A stretch of DNA of 64,000 nucleotides, taken from the IMG/VR virus record IMGVR_UViG_3300042275_000805; one strand, given 5' to 3'. This document shows, piece after piece, positions 9,173 through 18,498 of the stretch; position 1 is the first letter of the stretch, and each line of letters opens with the position of its first letter. The stretch comes from an uncultured virus (IMG/VR IMGVR_UViG_3300042275_000805) (taxonomy: Duplodnaviria > Heunggongvirae > Uroviricota > Caudoviricetes). Both the position numbers and the translations under genes were made by a program. The notes beneath the pieces are model-generated. The model worked only from the letters and a program-made list of their open reading frames with translations. It was not told the origin of the DNA and did not search any database.

Positions 9173-9604
9173 TTACTTCGTGATCCTGTACGTCAACGTC
9201 AGTACCGACGTGAACACCCGCTGATTGGCCAGATGTTCTGGATCATAGATGGGTACATTCTCAACCTTGATCCAGATGGCATACGGCATGTCCGTTAGTG
9301 GTTGGCGTTGCAGATACTCACCGAGCTGCTGCACCAACCCACTCAGCCCATGTACAGCAGTGTCGATTTCGTCCTGCGGTACGGAGAGTTTTTGCTGGAT
9401 ACCAATATCCACCTGACAGTCGTATTGACTGAGCTTGCGTGTGATGCTTTGAACCTGCACACCACGAGGAACGACACTGATTGTCAGTTCCCTTAATTGC
9501 GACAGATCGTGAATCGGCAATACCATCCGCTTGGCATTGGTGACGATCTCCGATTGATTGAGTTGCGAAGTCACAGCATCAGCCAAATCAATGGTCATTT
9601 GCAT
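9173..9604 (-). CDS. Putative tail terminator protein
   Basis: 143 aa in the head-tail connector block; GGAGG SD. Confidence 0.6.
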   Translation of the reverse strand: MQMTIDLADAVTSQLNQSEIVTNAKRMVLPIHDLSQLRELTISVVPRGVQVQSITRKLSQYDCQVDIGIQQKLSVPQDEIDTAVHGLSGLVQQLGEYLQRQPLTDMPYAIWIKVENVPIYDPEHLANQRVFTSVLTLTYRITK

Positions 9605-9622
9605 ATTTACCCTCCCCCCGGA

Positions 9623-9853
9623 TTAACCCCGGAAAATACTAAAAAGAATGTTCACCAGACTCGTCACACCGGCACCGGCGATGAGCCACATCCAACGAGC
9701 ATGACGAATCGCATTTTGCTCAAGGCGATCCAAACGGATGTTGATGCCCGGTTCACCATTGCCACGGATGGCGTGATCGAGCCGGTCGAGCTTGTTATGC
9801 AGTTCATCAAACTGACTGCAACTGCCAACGTCCTGTGAATTACATTGATTCAT
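9623..9853 (-). CDS. Small coiled-coil + C-terminal TM protein (holin/XhlA-like candidate)
   Basis: Start MNQCNS at 9853 (ATGA overlap); LDRLD..GNGEPG..LDRLE then one TM helix. Confidence 0.55.
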   Translation of the reverse strand: MNQCNSQDVGSCSQFDELHNKLDRLDHAIRGNGEPGINIRLDRLEQNAIRHARWMWLIAGAGVTSLVNILFSIFRG

Positions 9854-10215
9854 ACTTGGGGTTCTCCCAATAAACGGGTGTGAATACGGAGTGTCGTGTG
9901 ATATGGATCGCAGTAACGGTAGCAACCATCGTCACCCAAGTTGGTGATCTCGTATTGCTTGCTGCCCATCGTCAGAACATCGCCGGGTTCAGGTTCAAAC
10001 TCTGTCGGGAAGTCATCAGCATTCACGAGAAAATCCCACATGCTTGACTCGATGGTCACGCCACCGACGGTGGATTTTTCGTACTTGCTGATGCCTGGCG
10101 AGGCGTGGACGGTGTACGAGGATTCGCCTTGTTTGTAGGCAACTTCCTGCGTACACCATCCTGCCCGAACCTTGGCGAGCCACTGCATGCCATCTTTCAT
10201 GTAGTCTCTGGCCAT
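9850..10215 (-). CDS. Head-tail joining/head closure protein
   Basis: 121 aa with PEPGDVL...YEI pattern of FII-like closure proteins; position after capsid genes. Confidence 0.65.
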   Translation of the reverse strand: MARDYMKDGMQWLAKVRAGWCTQEVAYKQGESSYTVHASPGISKYEKSTVGGVTIESSMWDFLVNADDFPTEFEPEPGDVLTMGSKQYEITNLGDDGCYRYCDPYHTTLRIHTRLLGEPQV

Positions 10216-10230
10216 ACAGTTCGCCTTTGA

Positions 10231-10563
10231 TCATGCTGTGAGTTTGACGCGAATGGTCGCATCGTTGTCACCGGCATCAGACACGGCTTTGCCCATGTAC
10301 TTGCCTTCGATTTCGATGGTTGTTGCGTATTTGTTGGCCGAGTCCCAGTAGAGCTTGGTGCCCGTGGTGATGGCCATGCCTGGACCACCGATCTTGGGCA
10401 CATCGAAAATGCCGGTCACCGACAGGCTGCCTAGCGTGTTGGCAGCGATGTCGAGTTTGGCAATACCCACCAGGTCGCCTTGGACAACCACGTCGCCAGC
10501 AGCCACATCAGCAGCCGGAGTGTGGTCGATACTGTCACCTTTGTGAACGTAAGTTGCGGTCAT
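10231..10563 (-). CDS. DUF2190-family capsid cement/decoration protein
   Basis: ADVAAGDVVVQGDLVGIA...G.FDVPK...LYWD pattern; directly after the major capsid gene. Confidence 0.85.
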   Translation of the reverse strand: MTATYVHKGDSIDHTPAADVAAGDVVVQGDLVGIAKLDIAANTLGSLSVTGIFDVPKIGGPGMAITTGTKLYWDSANKYATTIEIEGKYMGKAVSDAGDNDATIRVKLTA

Positions 10564-10626
10564 GTATGAATACTCCTGTTGAAAGTGAATGGGTCAGAAA
10601 AAGTCACGAAATCACGCGAAGACGAA

Positions 10627-12720
10627 TCAGGCTTCACCCTTCATCTTCAGTGCGCCACGGTGGTCCTGTTCACGGACGCCGAAGTCGATGTAGCCACGGA
10701 ACTGAATGCCCAACGTATTGAAGTCGGCATCGGTCTTTTCGACGGTGGGACGATCCACGCCGTTAAGGAAAGCCACCTCAATCGAGGGCAGACGGTTGGG
10801 GTCGGCCAACAGATACCATGCCTTGCTGCTGGCCCCGGTGAAGCTGGCGTTAGCCAGATAGACACTGGAGACGACATCGAACTTGCCCACGTGCGGGTTG
10901 ATCGACGGTTTAGCTTTGTTGGCAGTGGTGGTTTCGTTGAGCTGAATGCTCTTCATGAGAAGTTCAGCTGCGACCTTCAGTGCGGTGGGCACGAGCAGGA
11001 TGTTGGCAGGCATCCCCAAGGGTTTGCCATTGGGCTTGATCTGTTCGCTGAATTTCACTTCAGCAGCGGTCAGACCATCGACGGACAAGGCAGTATCCAC
11101 GCCTTCGAGATAGTTGTTGTGATCAGCATGGAAGAAGGACTTGTTGTCGGATTGGTTGGGGTTGCGCAGCCACAGGCCCCAGACTGCATCCGCGATAGCT
11201 TCAGCAGCACCCATGCCGATCTGACGCGGGATGTCGGTGAACGCACCCATGTCATCGTTGATGATCATCTGGCGAGTGAGGGCAAACATGATGCCATGGG
11301 TGTCGGCACGCTGGCCGAACTTCTGTTCATCAAGTTTGCCGTGCTTGAGTTCACCGTCGGGGCCGACCTGTTCGAACTTGAACGCGCCGGTCATGCGATA
11401 GCGACTGTGTTCCTTGAAGTCGTTGACGCTGGCAATCTTTGCGATACGACGCCATGCATCTTCGACGTAGTTGTAGCCTTCGAGCAGCATCTTGTTGGCG
11501 ATGTTGCTGAGAACCCCCGGAAGGGATGCCGTGCTGAAAGCAGCCTGCAACCAGCCGGTAGCATCACGACGGAAGCGCGGCAGTTGCTGGCCGGATACCA
11601 GTTCGCAAAACTCCTGAACACCAATGCCGCGCAATTTGTCGGCAGCTTCGAGGACAGGTTCAGCGTACATCGCTTCGATGCGGGTATTGGGCAAACCACT
11701 GGCCATCAGGGCGACCGCTTCATACACCTGCGGATTGTTGGGACGCTGCGTCATCGGGCCAGCACCGTGCGCTGCCACCGGAATGTTGGGACGCGAAGCA
11801 CGCAGGACGTGCAGTTCGGTCTTGGTCGTATCCCAGCCTTCTTCAATGGCCTGAGCTTCGACGGTCGGGAACTTGCCATTGCAGATCTGACGAATCGCTG
11901 CGATGCGTTTGCTTTCGGCAGCAACCTGGGCACGGATGTCCGCAACAGCTTCGGGGACATTGTTTGTGTTGATGCTTGGCAGAGCAGTGGGCGTCGGAGT
12001 TTGGGCCTGAATTGCGGATGCATTTTCGGCCTGATTCTCGGAAGCATTGGTGTTCGACGCATCCGTGTTCGGGGAAAGGGTGGAAGTTCCGTTGGTACGA
12101 TTCATGCTGCTGTTCTCCTTGGCCGATGCGGCCACGTTGGCCGAGGTGTTGCCATCGGCACCGAGGTCTACGAAACTGATTTCGCCCAGCGTCGCACGCC
12201 GGACCACGTTGACAGGACCAGTGAATTGGCGGCCATTGACTTGGGCCACCTGACCGTCCTTGAAGAATTCGAACTGTTCAACCGAAGCGCCGATGCTGGC
12301 TTGCCAGGGGAATCCGTTGCGGGCATCAGCGACGAGTTCCTTGGCAGTGTGCCCAGTGCAGGAGACCACGCCTTCAGCCACGAGTTGGTTGTTGTCTACG
12401 CGGATGGCATGGGTGTGACCAACGCGTTTGTCGGTGTCGTGTCCCACACGAATCGGCCGGATTTGCGAAGGGATGGCAAGACCTGCCAGGTCGACAATGA
12501 CCGGGAATTTCCAGCCAGCTAGCCGCATGGGACCGCCGGTGTATGCCAGCATGGAAAAACGCGGGAGCATTGACTCAGACTGTTGGCCACCAGAGTCATT
12601 GGCCTGTGCCTGGGCATCAATGGTCAGCGTTGCGGTAAGCTGCAACTGGCCATTGGTGTGATTCTGACTGTCAGTCTGCTGAGTTTGATGTTGCTGGTTC
12701 ATTGTCATCGGCTGCGTCAT
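10627..12720 (-). CDS. Prohead protease-major capsid protein fusion (Mu gpT-like capsid domain)
   Basis: N-terminal AYTGG...H...PWQASIGA...EISFVDLGAD protease, scaffold-like linker, C-terminal SVNDFK...TRQMIINDD...DFG capsid; start 12702-12753 uncertain. Confidence 0.88.
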   Translation of the reverse strand: MTQPMTMNQQHQTQQTDSQNHTNGQLQLTATLTIDAQAQANDSGGQQSESMLPRFSMLAYTGGPMRLAGWKFPVIVDLAGLAIPSQIRPIRVGHDTDKRVGHTHAIRVDNNQLVAEGVVSCTGHTAKELVADARNGFPWQASIGASVEQFEFFKDGQVAQVNGRQFTGPVNVVRRATLGEISFVDLGADGNTSANVAASAKENSSMNRTNGTSTLSPNTDASNTNASENQAENASAIQAQTPTPTALPSINTNNVPEAVADIRAQVAAESKRIAAIRQICNGKFPTVEAQAIEEGWDTTKTELHVLRASRPNIPVAAHGAGPMTQRPNNPQVYEAVALMASGLPNTRIEAMYAEPVLEAADKLRGIGVQEFCELVSGQQLPRFRRDATGWLQAAFSTASLPGVLSNIANKMLLEGYNYVEDAWRRIAKIASVNDFKEHSRYRMTGAFKFEQVGPDGELKHGKLDEQKFGQRADTHGIMFALTRQMIINDDMGAFTDIPRQIGMGAAEAIADAVWGLWLRNPNQSDNKSFFHADHNNYLEGVDTALSVDGLTAAEVKFSEQIKPNGKPLGMPANILLVPTALKVAAELLMKSIQLNETTTANKAKPSINPHVGKFDVVSSVYLANASFTGASSKAWYLLADPNRLPSIEVAFLNGVDRPTVEKTDADFNTLGIQFRGYIDFGVREQDHRGALKMKGEA

Positions 12721-14173
12721 CTTCCTGTTGCGGTTTGCTATTGGGCTGAACACTGTCTGTGGTTAAGCCCAGTTGTTTCATCAGGGCGACCTCACGGGCA
12801 CGTTGCCGTAGTTCGGTTTCCCAGTCTTTACCTTGTCGTGCGTATTCAATGGCCAAAGTGGTGGTGTTGCTGGCCAGGCGTGTGGATTGAGCGTTGGCTT
12901 CCTTGGCGGGGTCGACGTGTTCATGCCCATCCCAAAACCACTGGTGCGGGAATCTGGCAAACGACGTGCGAAATGATTGAGGCAAGAGTCCTTCGATCAG
13001 GACTGCCTCGGACATCCAGGCTGAAAAAATCCGGTCCAGGACCACTGACTCCATGTGTGACTGTTCAACGCGGACACTCTTGAAGTATGTCTGGTGGTCC
13101 AGGCGACCGGATGCATAGTTGTAGCCCGATGAATTGCCAGCGGCGATGTTGAATGGCATGTTCAAACAACGGGCGATTTCGTTGAGGATTTCCTTCTTGA
13201 ATTCACCATAGGTGGTGGCGGGTTGTTCAGCAGTGACCTGCCCGAGTTTCCAGCCGCCGGGCAACACCGTGGCCATGCGACGTTCCAGTTCCACCAGGTC
13301 CATCGGCTCAACGTTTTCCGCTTCACCATTGGCTGGAGCATCGGTGTAGAGCACCGCAGCAAAGTCGGCAGCGGTTTCGGCGGCAGCAATCACCGCCAAG
13401 GTGTAACGTCGCAATTGGGCAAACAATGGTAATGCAGGTGTGATGTCGGGAATCCCACGTGCCTGCCCCGGGCGATCCGGTTTGAAATAATGGATCATCC
13501 TCTCAGAGGAAATCGCATCGAACTCTGCGCCAGATGTCCAGATTGCATTGTCACCGGGATGGTTTCGCATCAGGTGGTATTCGCAGGGATTGCCAAAGAC
13601 ATCAAAGACGATCCCATCAACCCCATCCAGCGACGAACCGTGCCGCCTGATGCTTTGTGTCGAAGTGAGGTACGGCGTGGCAATCTGATCCGCTTCGATC
13701 AGGCGGATGTCAACCTGCACGGGATGATCAACGTGATGGTTGCCAAAGAGCAAGGCGAAGACTTCGCCGCTTTCGGCTCGGGCGATCCGCATGGTGCGGA
13801 GTTTCTGGGCCAAACCGATTGCATCTGCCCAGTCGGAAAACGCCTGTTCAACAAGGCGATTGGCGATGGGGTTTTCACAGAGCAGTTGCAGACTCGGGCC
13901 GGTGCCCACCACGTCGTTGGCCAGTGTCTGGACAATGCCACGAGCGTAGGAGTTGTTGGCGACTTCGTACCGGGCACGTTTCCTGAGAGTACTGCGTACA
14001 TCGGGACTCAACGCAGAATTGGGTGACAAGCCATCTGCATGAGCCCAGTGACGCCGGTTTTCATCCGTTGTCACTGCCGCGTCATACCGGGCACGCATCA
14101 CCCGCACATCGCTGTGCTGTTTGCCTTGCAGCGTGCGTTTGCCCGATGCGATGGATTTGAGCCAGCCAAACAT
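12671..14173 (-). CDS. Lambda-family portal protein
   Basis: LRKRARYEVANNSYARG, RPGQARGIP, NYASGRLD and HVDPAKEA motifs. Confidence 0.93.
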   Translation of the reverse strand: MFGWLKSIASGKRTLQGKQHSDVRVMRARYDAAVTTDENRRHWAHADGLSPNSALSPDVRSTLRKRARYEVANNSYARGIVQTLANDVVGTGPSLQLLCENPIANRLVEQAFSDWADAIGLAQKLRTMRIARAESGEVFALLFGNHHVDHPVQVDIRLIEADQIATPYLTSTQSIRRHGSSLDGVDGIVFDVFGNPCEYHLMRNHPGDNAIWTSGAEFDAISSERMIHYFKPDRPGQARGIPDITPALPLFAQLRRYTLAVIAAAETAADFAAVLYTDAPANGEAENVEPMDLVELERRMATVLPGGWKLGQVTAEQPATTYGEFKKEILNEIARCLNMPFNIAAGNSSGYNYASGRLDHQTYFKSVRVEQSHMESVVLDRIFSAWMSEAVLIEGLLPQSFRTSFARFPHQWFWDGHEHVDPAKEANAQSTRLASNTTTLAIEYARQGKDWETELRQRAREVALMKQLGLTTDSVQPNSKPQQEDDAADDNEPATSNSAD

Positions 14174-14192
14174 GCAGAATCCTTCAAGTGGT

Positions 14193-14390
14193 TCAGTCAG
14201 ACGATGGTGGGACGAGTTTTTTGAGTGAAATTCTCAAGCCCTTTTTGCGGGACGCCTTCTTGCTTTGCAGATAACGGTCCGCAGCAATCTGGTCTGGAAG
14301 CGAGTGTTGTTCGACGGTCATCCCATCGACATCCGCTTTGCGTGGGGCCTGGGCGTTTTGAGCGATGGATTCATCAAGTTCATCCGTCAT
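14193..14390 (-). CDS. gpW-like head completion protein
   Basis: 65 aa between terminase and portal; VDGMTVEQHSLPDQIAADRYL. Confidence 0.6.
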   Translation of the reverse strand: MTDELDESIAQNAQAPRKADVDGMTVEQHSLPDQIAADRYLQSKKASRKKGLRISLKKLVPPSSD

Positions 14391-14605
14391 CCGGTAAGCT
14401 CCGTGACATGGTGTGTGGTAATGGTGCGTTGGCGGTTACGCCGGAGTCTTTGGGCAAACGTCGCCACCGCGCGTGCGGGATTGCGTCCTTCCAGATGCGC
14501 GATCCACGCTTCCTGTATGGCATCTTCACGGTCCACCAGATTGACGAAACGAAGTTCCATCAGCAGTGGGCCGTTGTCCGACATGGGTGGGAGTATGCTT
14601 GTCAT
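14387..14605 (-). CDS. Hypothetical protein
   Basis: 72 aa, ATGA overlap with next gene. Confidence 0.5.
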   Translation of the reverse strand: MTSILPPMSDNGPLLMELRFVNLVDREDAIQEAWIAHLEGRNPARAVATFAQRLRRNRQRTITTHHVTELTG

Positions 14606-14680
14606 CTACCTATATGTGTCACCGTGTCTGGATTCGTGCTGCATGCTTCAGACAAAAAGAATAAAATTCACGTGGATGGA

Positions 14681-17047
14681 TCAACGCGTTTTGCGTTTGA
14701 TGCTTGAGAGCTTGATTCGGGGACGGTTGTTCTGCTGGCGAACGTCCGTACCAAAGAGCACGCATCCCTGCATACTCGCAGCCACCGCACATCCGACCAG
14801 ACAGTCAAGCCAGTGATTGTCGCGACCCGGTGTTCGGAGTTTCCATTCATCAATCTGGCGACCACGTCCTTCGGTTTTGACCCGGTATTCAGCGGTCAGA
14901 TGTTCAGCCAGCATCCGATGATCCATTGATGAGCTATGTGCAAACAGTGACAAGCAACCCGGATCACCCATAGCCACGGACAATCTGGCATGCACAAAAC
15001 TTTTCCAGTAGTTGGTATCGATCAATGCATAGCGTATGGATCGACGTCCCTGAACACAGGGCACTCGCCAATGGAGACCAACCCGGTCACCGCGTTTGGG
15101 CTTGTAGTCGGAGAAAGGGATGCTGGACGCACCCACATACCGACCATGACTTGGCATCAGGACAGCAGCATGACTGCTTTGCCGACAGAACTGATACACG
15201 ACATCGGTGGAGTTGCCCCAGTTGGCGTCGATCATGCAGCGTTCGATACTCAACTCCGCACCATCATCCCGTCGAAAATGCTGCGCCAGACGTTTGGCGG
15301 TCAACGTTTCGAGTCCAGCATAGATTGCTCCTTCCAGGCCGGTCCCGGGGTGAGACATCATCATCGTCTTGCGTACATCACGAAGCGTGAAGTAACTCCG
15401 TTTCTGATCGGGATACGTACCATAGTCCAGGATGTAGCCGGTGAAATCGTCCTCCCAACCGCAGACCATCCAGAACAGTGCATTGCCCTGGACGTCAATG
15501 AACATGGTCATGTGATTGACACCCAATGGGACTTCACCACGTTGATGCCCGTTGGTTTTGGATGCGATGGTGTCCGCATCCAGCATCTCTTCACCTTGAT
15601 CCAAGATCGGCGGTTCATTCTGGTACTCAGCCCAGAACGCGGTTTCGCCCTGATCCAGTTTCAGGTTCATCGCATGTTGGATTGCTGACAACTCGTCGGG
15701 GTTGTGGCGCTCAGGCCATGCGACGACAAAACCTTCATCCATCTGCTGGCGATGCTTGCGATAGAACGCGGTGGATTCACCTGTCCCACGGTCTGTGCGT
15801 TGGCCTTCAGCACGGATCTGTGCATACTGCTGCCAGAGTTTGTCTGCGGGGCTGCCCGATGGTGGGAACGCATAGACCATCTTGGTGCGTTGGCCTTGCC
15901 ATTGCGGGTGTTTGTCACGATTGAGAATCCGGTCTGCCATGTCGTCAGGGCGCACCACGGTCAACGTCATCAGCCCGGCAATCTTCTTGCCTGGTCCAGC
16001 CAACCCCAGGATCGCACCCGACAGAATCTGTTCGCGCGTGGCACATTGCGATGGCGAACGGGCAGACTCATCCGTCTGCGGGTCATCCAACAACACCAGC
16101 GACGGCCGTGTCGTCTTGCCATCAGCACGTTTATGCTTCATGCCACGGATTCGACCCGTGATCCCAGCAACTTTGATGATCCCCGCAGAGGCAGTGGAAC
16201 CTTCGATATCCGGCAGAATGATCTCCTTGGAGGTCCAGCCAATATGCGTGCGTGCGCCACGATACAGTTGGCCTGCAGCACGTTGGTGAATGCCTTCCAA
16301 CGCACGGATTGGCCCGGTGACTTCCGAGAAGTCTTCGTCGATCAGATCGTTGTTTTCCAGCTCGGATTTGATCGAATCGAGCATGTCCGCAGCGTGATCT
16401 TCATCCGAACCAATCAACGCCACGAACTGCCGATGCCCATAAACCAACGCCCATAGACATGCCGTTTCGCACAAAGAGGTTTTGCCTGACCCACGCGGCA
16501 TGGCCATGGCAAACAAACCACCCTCCAGCACGGCCTGTTCAATCTTGGCAATCACAGCCAGGTGATCCGGCGACCAGGTCAAATGAAAGGTCATCTGGAA
16601 ATACTGCTCGCAAAACTCACGAAAACTGTTTCGGCAGGATTCCTTTCGCTCCGCATTGACGGGTGGGTGGACCCAACCATCAGAACCAATGTCACGCGAT
16701 GACTCTGAAGCTGCACGACTCCGTGCGTTGACTGCATCCTTATGTCGGGAGTACAGACTGTCGGCAGAGTCGGACGTGTCCGGTTCCTGCGACATCTCCT
16801 GACGTTCATGGAACAGCCACGCTGCATATCGCAACAGATCAAGCCGCCGCAGGTTTCCCGGCGATGCGATTCGACTGGCTGCACGGTTGAGATGGCGATA
16901 GACCACATGCGGCTGAATCACTTCACCCAACGGGGATGAATTGAGCAGCCGAACCGCCTCTGCCACACGCAATTGTCGCGGGTCGAGATTTCGAGATGGT
17001 GGATTGTTACCGGAACTCAACGGGCCTGTACCTCTCTGGCTAACCAT
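14681..17047 (-). CDS. Terminase large subunit (GpA-like) with N-terminal HTH-like extension
   Basis: Walker A AMPRGSGKT, Walker B VLLDDPQ, nuclease FIDVQ...IDANWG...NHWLDCLV. Confidence 0.9.
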   Translation of the reverse strand: MVSQRGTGPLSSGNNPPSRNLDPRQLRVAEAVRLLNSSPLGEVIQPHVVYRHLNRAASRIASPGNLRRLDLLRYAAWLFHERQEMSQEPDTSDSADSLYSRHKDAVNARSRAASESSRDIGSDGWVHPPVNAERKESCRNSFREFCEQYFQMTFHLTWSPDHLAVIAKIEQAVLEGGLFAMAMPRGSGKTSLCETACLWALVYGHRQFVALIGSDEDHAADMLDSIKSELENNDLIDEDFSEVTGPIRALEGIHQRAAGQLYRGARTHIGWTSKEIILPDIEGSTASAGIIKVAGITGRIRGMKHKRADGKTTRPSLVLLDDPQTDESARSPSQCATREQILSGAILGLAGPGKKIAGLMTLTVVRPDDMADRILNRDKHPQWQGQRTKMVYAFPPSGSPADKLWQQYAQIRAEGQRTDRGTGESTAFYRKHRQQMDEGFVVAWPERHNPDELSAIQHAMNLKLDQGETAFWAEYQNEPPILDQGEEMLDADTIASKTNGHQRGEVPLGVNHMTMFIDVQGNALFWMVCGWEDDFTGYILDYGTYPDQKRSYFTLRDVRKTMMMSHPGTGLEGAIYAGLETLTAKRLAQHFRRDDGAELSIERCMIDANWGNSTDVVYQFCRQSSHAAVLMPSHGRYVGASSIPFSDYKPKRGDRVGLHWRVPCVQGRRSIRYALIDTNYWKSFVHARLSVAMGDPGCLSLFAHSSSMDHRMLAEHLTAEYRVKTEGRGRQIDEWKLRTPGRDNHWLDCLVGCAVAASMQGCVLFGTDVRQQNNRPRIKLSSIKRKTR

Positions 17048-17226
17048 GCGGTGTAGTGAATCAGATTGATCTTGCCATCCGCTCCGATTGGCATGCCACG
17101 GTCAATATCTGCCTGAATCTGCTCAGGTGTGATCCGCTTACTGCCCGCAGCAGAGAGCAGTCGTGACACTTCTTCTATAGACAACGCCATTGGATTGACT
17201 GGCTGGTTGCCAGGTGTCTTTGGCAT
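17017..17226 (-). CDS. Small HTH protein (terminase small subunit-like)
   Basis: 69 aa from MPKTPG; overlaps the TerL start; resembles the TerL N-terminus. Confidence 0.6.
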   Translation of the reverse strand: MPKTPGNQPVNPMALSIEEVSRLLSAAGSKRITPEQIQADIDRGMPIGADGKINLIHYTAWLAREVQAR

Positions 17227-17358
17227 GGCAAAAACCTCATGTTTCAAGGGAAAACGGGCACATTCAGAAGTTACCCACAATGTCAGAAAGATGCCTTGAT
17301 GTCATTGAAAATGAATGGCTCAATGTGTCCACAACGCAGCACGAAAGGAAAAACACAG

Positions 17359-17637
17359 ATGCGTATCAAACGAATTGAACTTGAAGGCGACAACGGACAC
17401 GCAACCATCGAACGCACCCGGACCACCCCGGGAAGCCAGACCATCCGGATCGACAGCATCCTTCGCAACCCCAAGGCACACGAACAAGCCTGGCGTACCT
17501 GGGAGATTTCCTCCCGCACCGACAGCGACGAACTCTACAACATCGCCAAGATCCTCCAGCAACGATGCGACGGTGTACGCGGCACAGGCGGCGACGTACA
17601 GGATTACTACACCGAACTGCAACGCTTCGCAGACTAA
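17359..17637 (+). CDS. Hypothetical protein (counter-oriented cassette)
   Basis: MRIKRIELEG start with AAGGA SD. Confidence 0.7.
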   Translation: MRIKRIELEGDNGHATIERTRTTPGSQTIRIDSILRNPKAHEQAWRTWEISSRTDSDELYNIAKILQQRCDGVRGTGGDVQDYYTELQRFAD

Positions 17638-17658
17638 CCCCAAACCACGGAGCCCCCG

Positions 17659-18015
17659 ATGAAAACCATCAACACCATCATCAGCAAGATCGCCAAGCAG
17701 CATCTGCACATTCAAACACTCAAAGCCCGCAAACGCGACTGCCTGGATTTCCACAACGTCGCGGTTTGGGAAGTAGGTGACGCATTGGAGGCGGCATACC
17801 GGGCGGGCCAGGCCAGCACATCGCCACAGATGACTGAAGCGATCTGCGACAACCTTTCGCCCGATGCGGTCGGAGCCATCGCCACACGACTGCAAAACAC
17901 CCAGACCAACGATGACAACGTCAACCGAGAAGTGCTTTGGTTCACCCAGCAACTGATTCAGGCCCTTGGCGGCAAGGAACAGCAGGAGCGGATCGCCAAG
18001 GAACTCGGTTTGTAA
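17659..18015 (+). CDS. DUF6900-like protein
   Basis: IAKQHLHIQTLKARKRDCLDFHNVAVWEVGDALEAAYRAG. Confidence 0.7.
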   Translation: MKTINTIISKIAKQHLHIQTLKARKRDCLDFHNVAVWEVGDALEAAYRAGQASTSPQMTEAICDNLSPDAVGAIATRLQNTQTNDDNVNREVLWFTQQLIQALGGKEQQERIAKELGL

Positions 18016-18081
18016 AACCCCATTACGGGGGCGGGCCTGGCCAGCCTGATTTCTACCAACACGGCCAAAGGAGCATTGATC

Positions 18082-18495
18082 ATGCCACGTACCAAGAAGA
18101 TTCAACCGTCCAAACCCACCACCCGCAAGCAACGCGCCAAGGCCGTCGCCAAAGTCACGAAGGAACGCATCACCGAGTCGCTGCCGATCACCATCGACGA
18201 AGCGATCACCAACAGCCTTGATGGCAATGCACCTCGCAAACGTTCGACGCCCAAACCGCAGAAGAGCAAGAAAAGCAGCGGTCTGGATATCGCCGCACAG
18301 ATTCTCAAGGCATCCGAACAACCCATGCGATGCCGGGACATCGTCCAACGGATGATCGACGATGGCCTTTGGCAAACCAATGGCAAGACCCCACACGCCA
18401 CGATCTACGCGGCCATGATTCGGGAGATCCAAACCAAAGGCGAGCAGAGCAGGTTCAAGAAAACCGACCGGGGATTGTTCACACACAACGGATGA
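18082..18495 (+). CDS. Winged-helix (HARE-HTH-like) DNA-binding protein with Lys-rich N-terminus
   Basis: SGLDIAAQIL...GLWQTNGKTPHATIYAAMIREI...RFKKTDRGLF; AAGGAG SD. Confidence 0.8.
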   Translation: MPRTKKIQPSKPTTRKQRAKAVAKVTKERITESLPITIDEAITNSLDGNAPRKRSTPKPQKSKKSSGLDIAAQILKASEQPMRCRDIVQRMIDDGLWQTNGKTPHATIYAAMIREIQTKGEQSRFKKTDRGLFTHNG

Positions 18496-18498
18496 CAT

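Noticed and set aside
10603..10626. TCACGAA/TCACGCGAA/GACGAA short tandem
   Set aside because: Too short and no inverted partner
10579..12522. 647-aa + strand ORF
   Set aside because: Antisense shadow of the capsid gene with no motifs
17320..18498. 392-aa minus-strand ORF
   Set aside because: Shadow of three + strand genes that have SD sites and recognisable motifs
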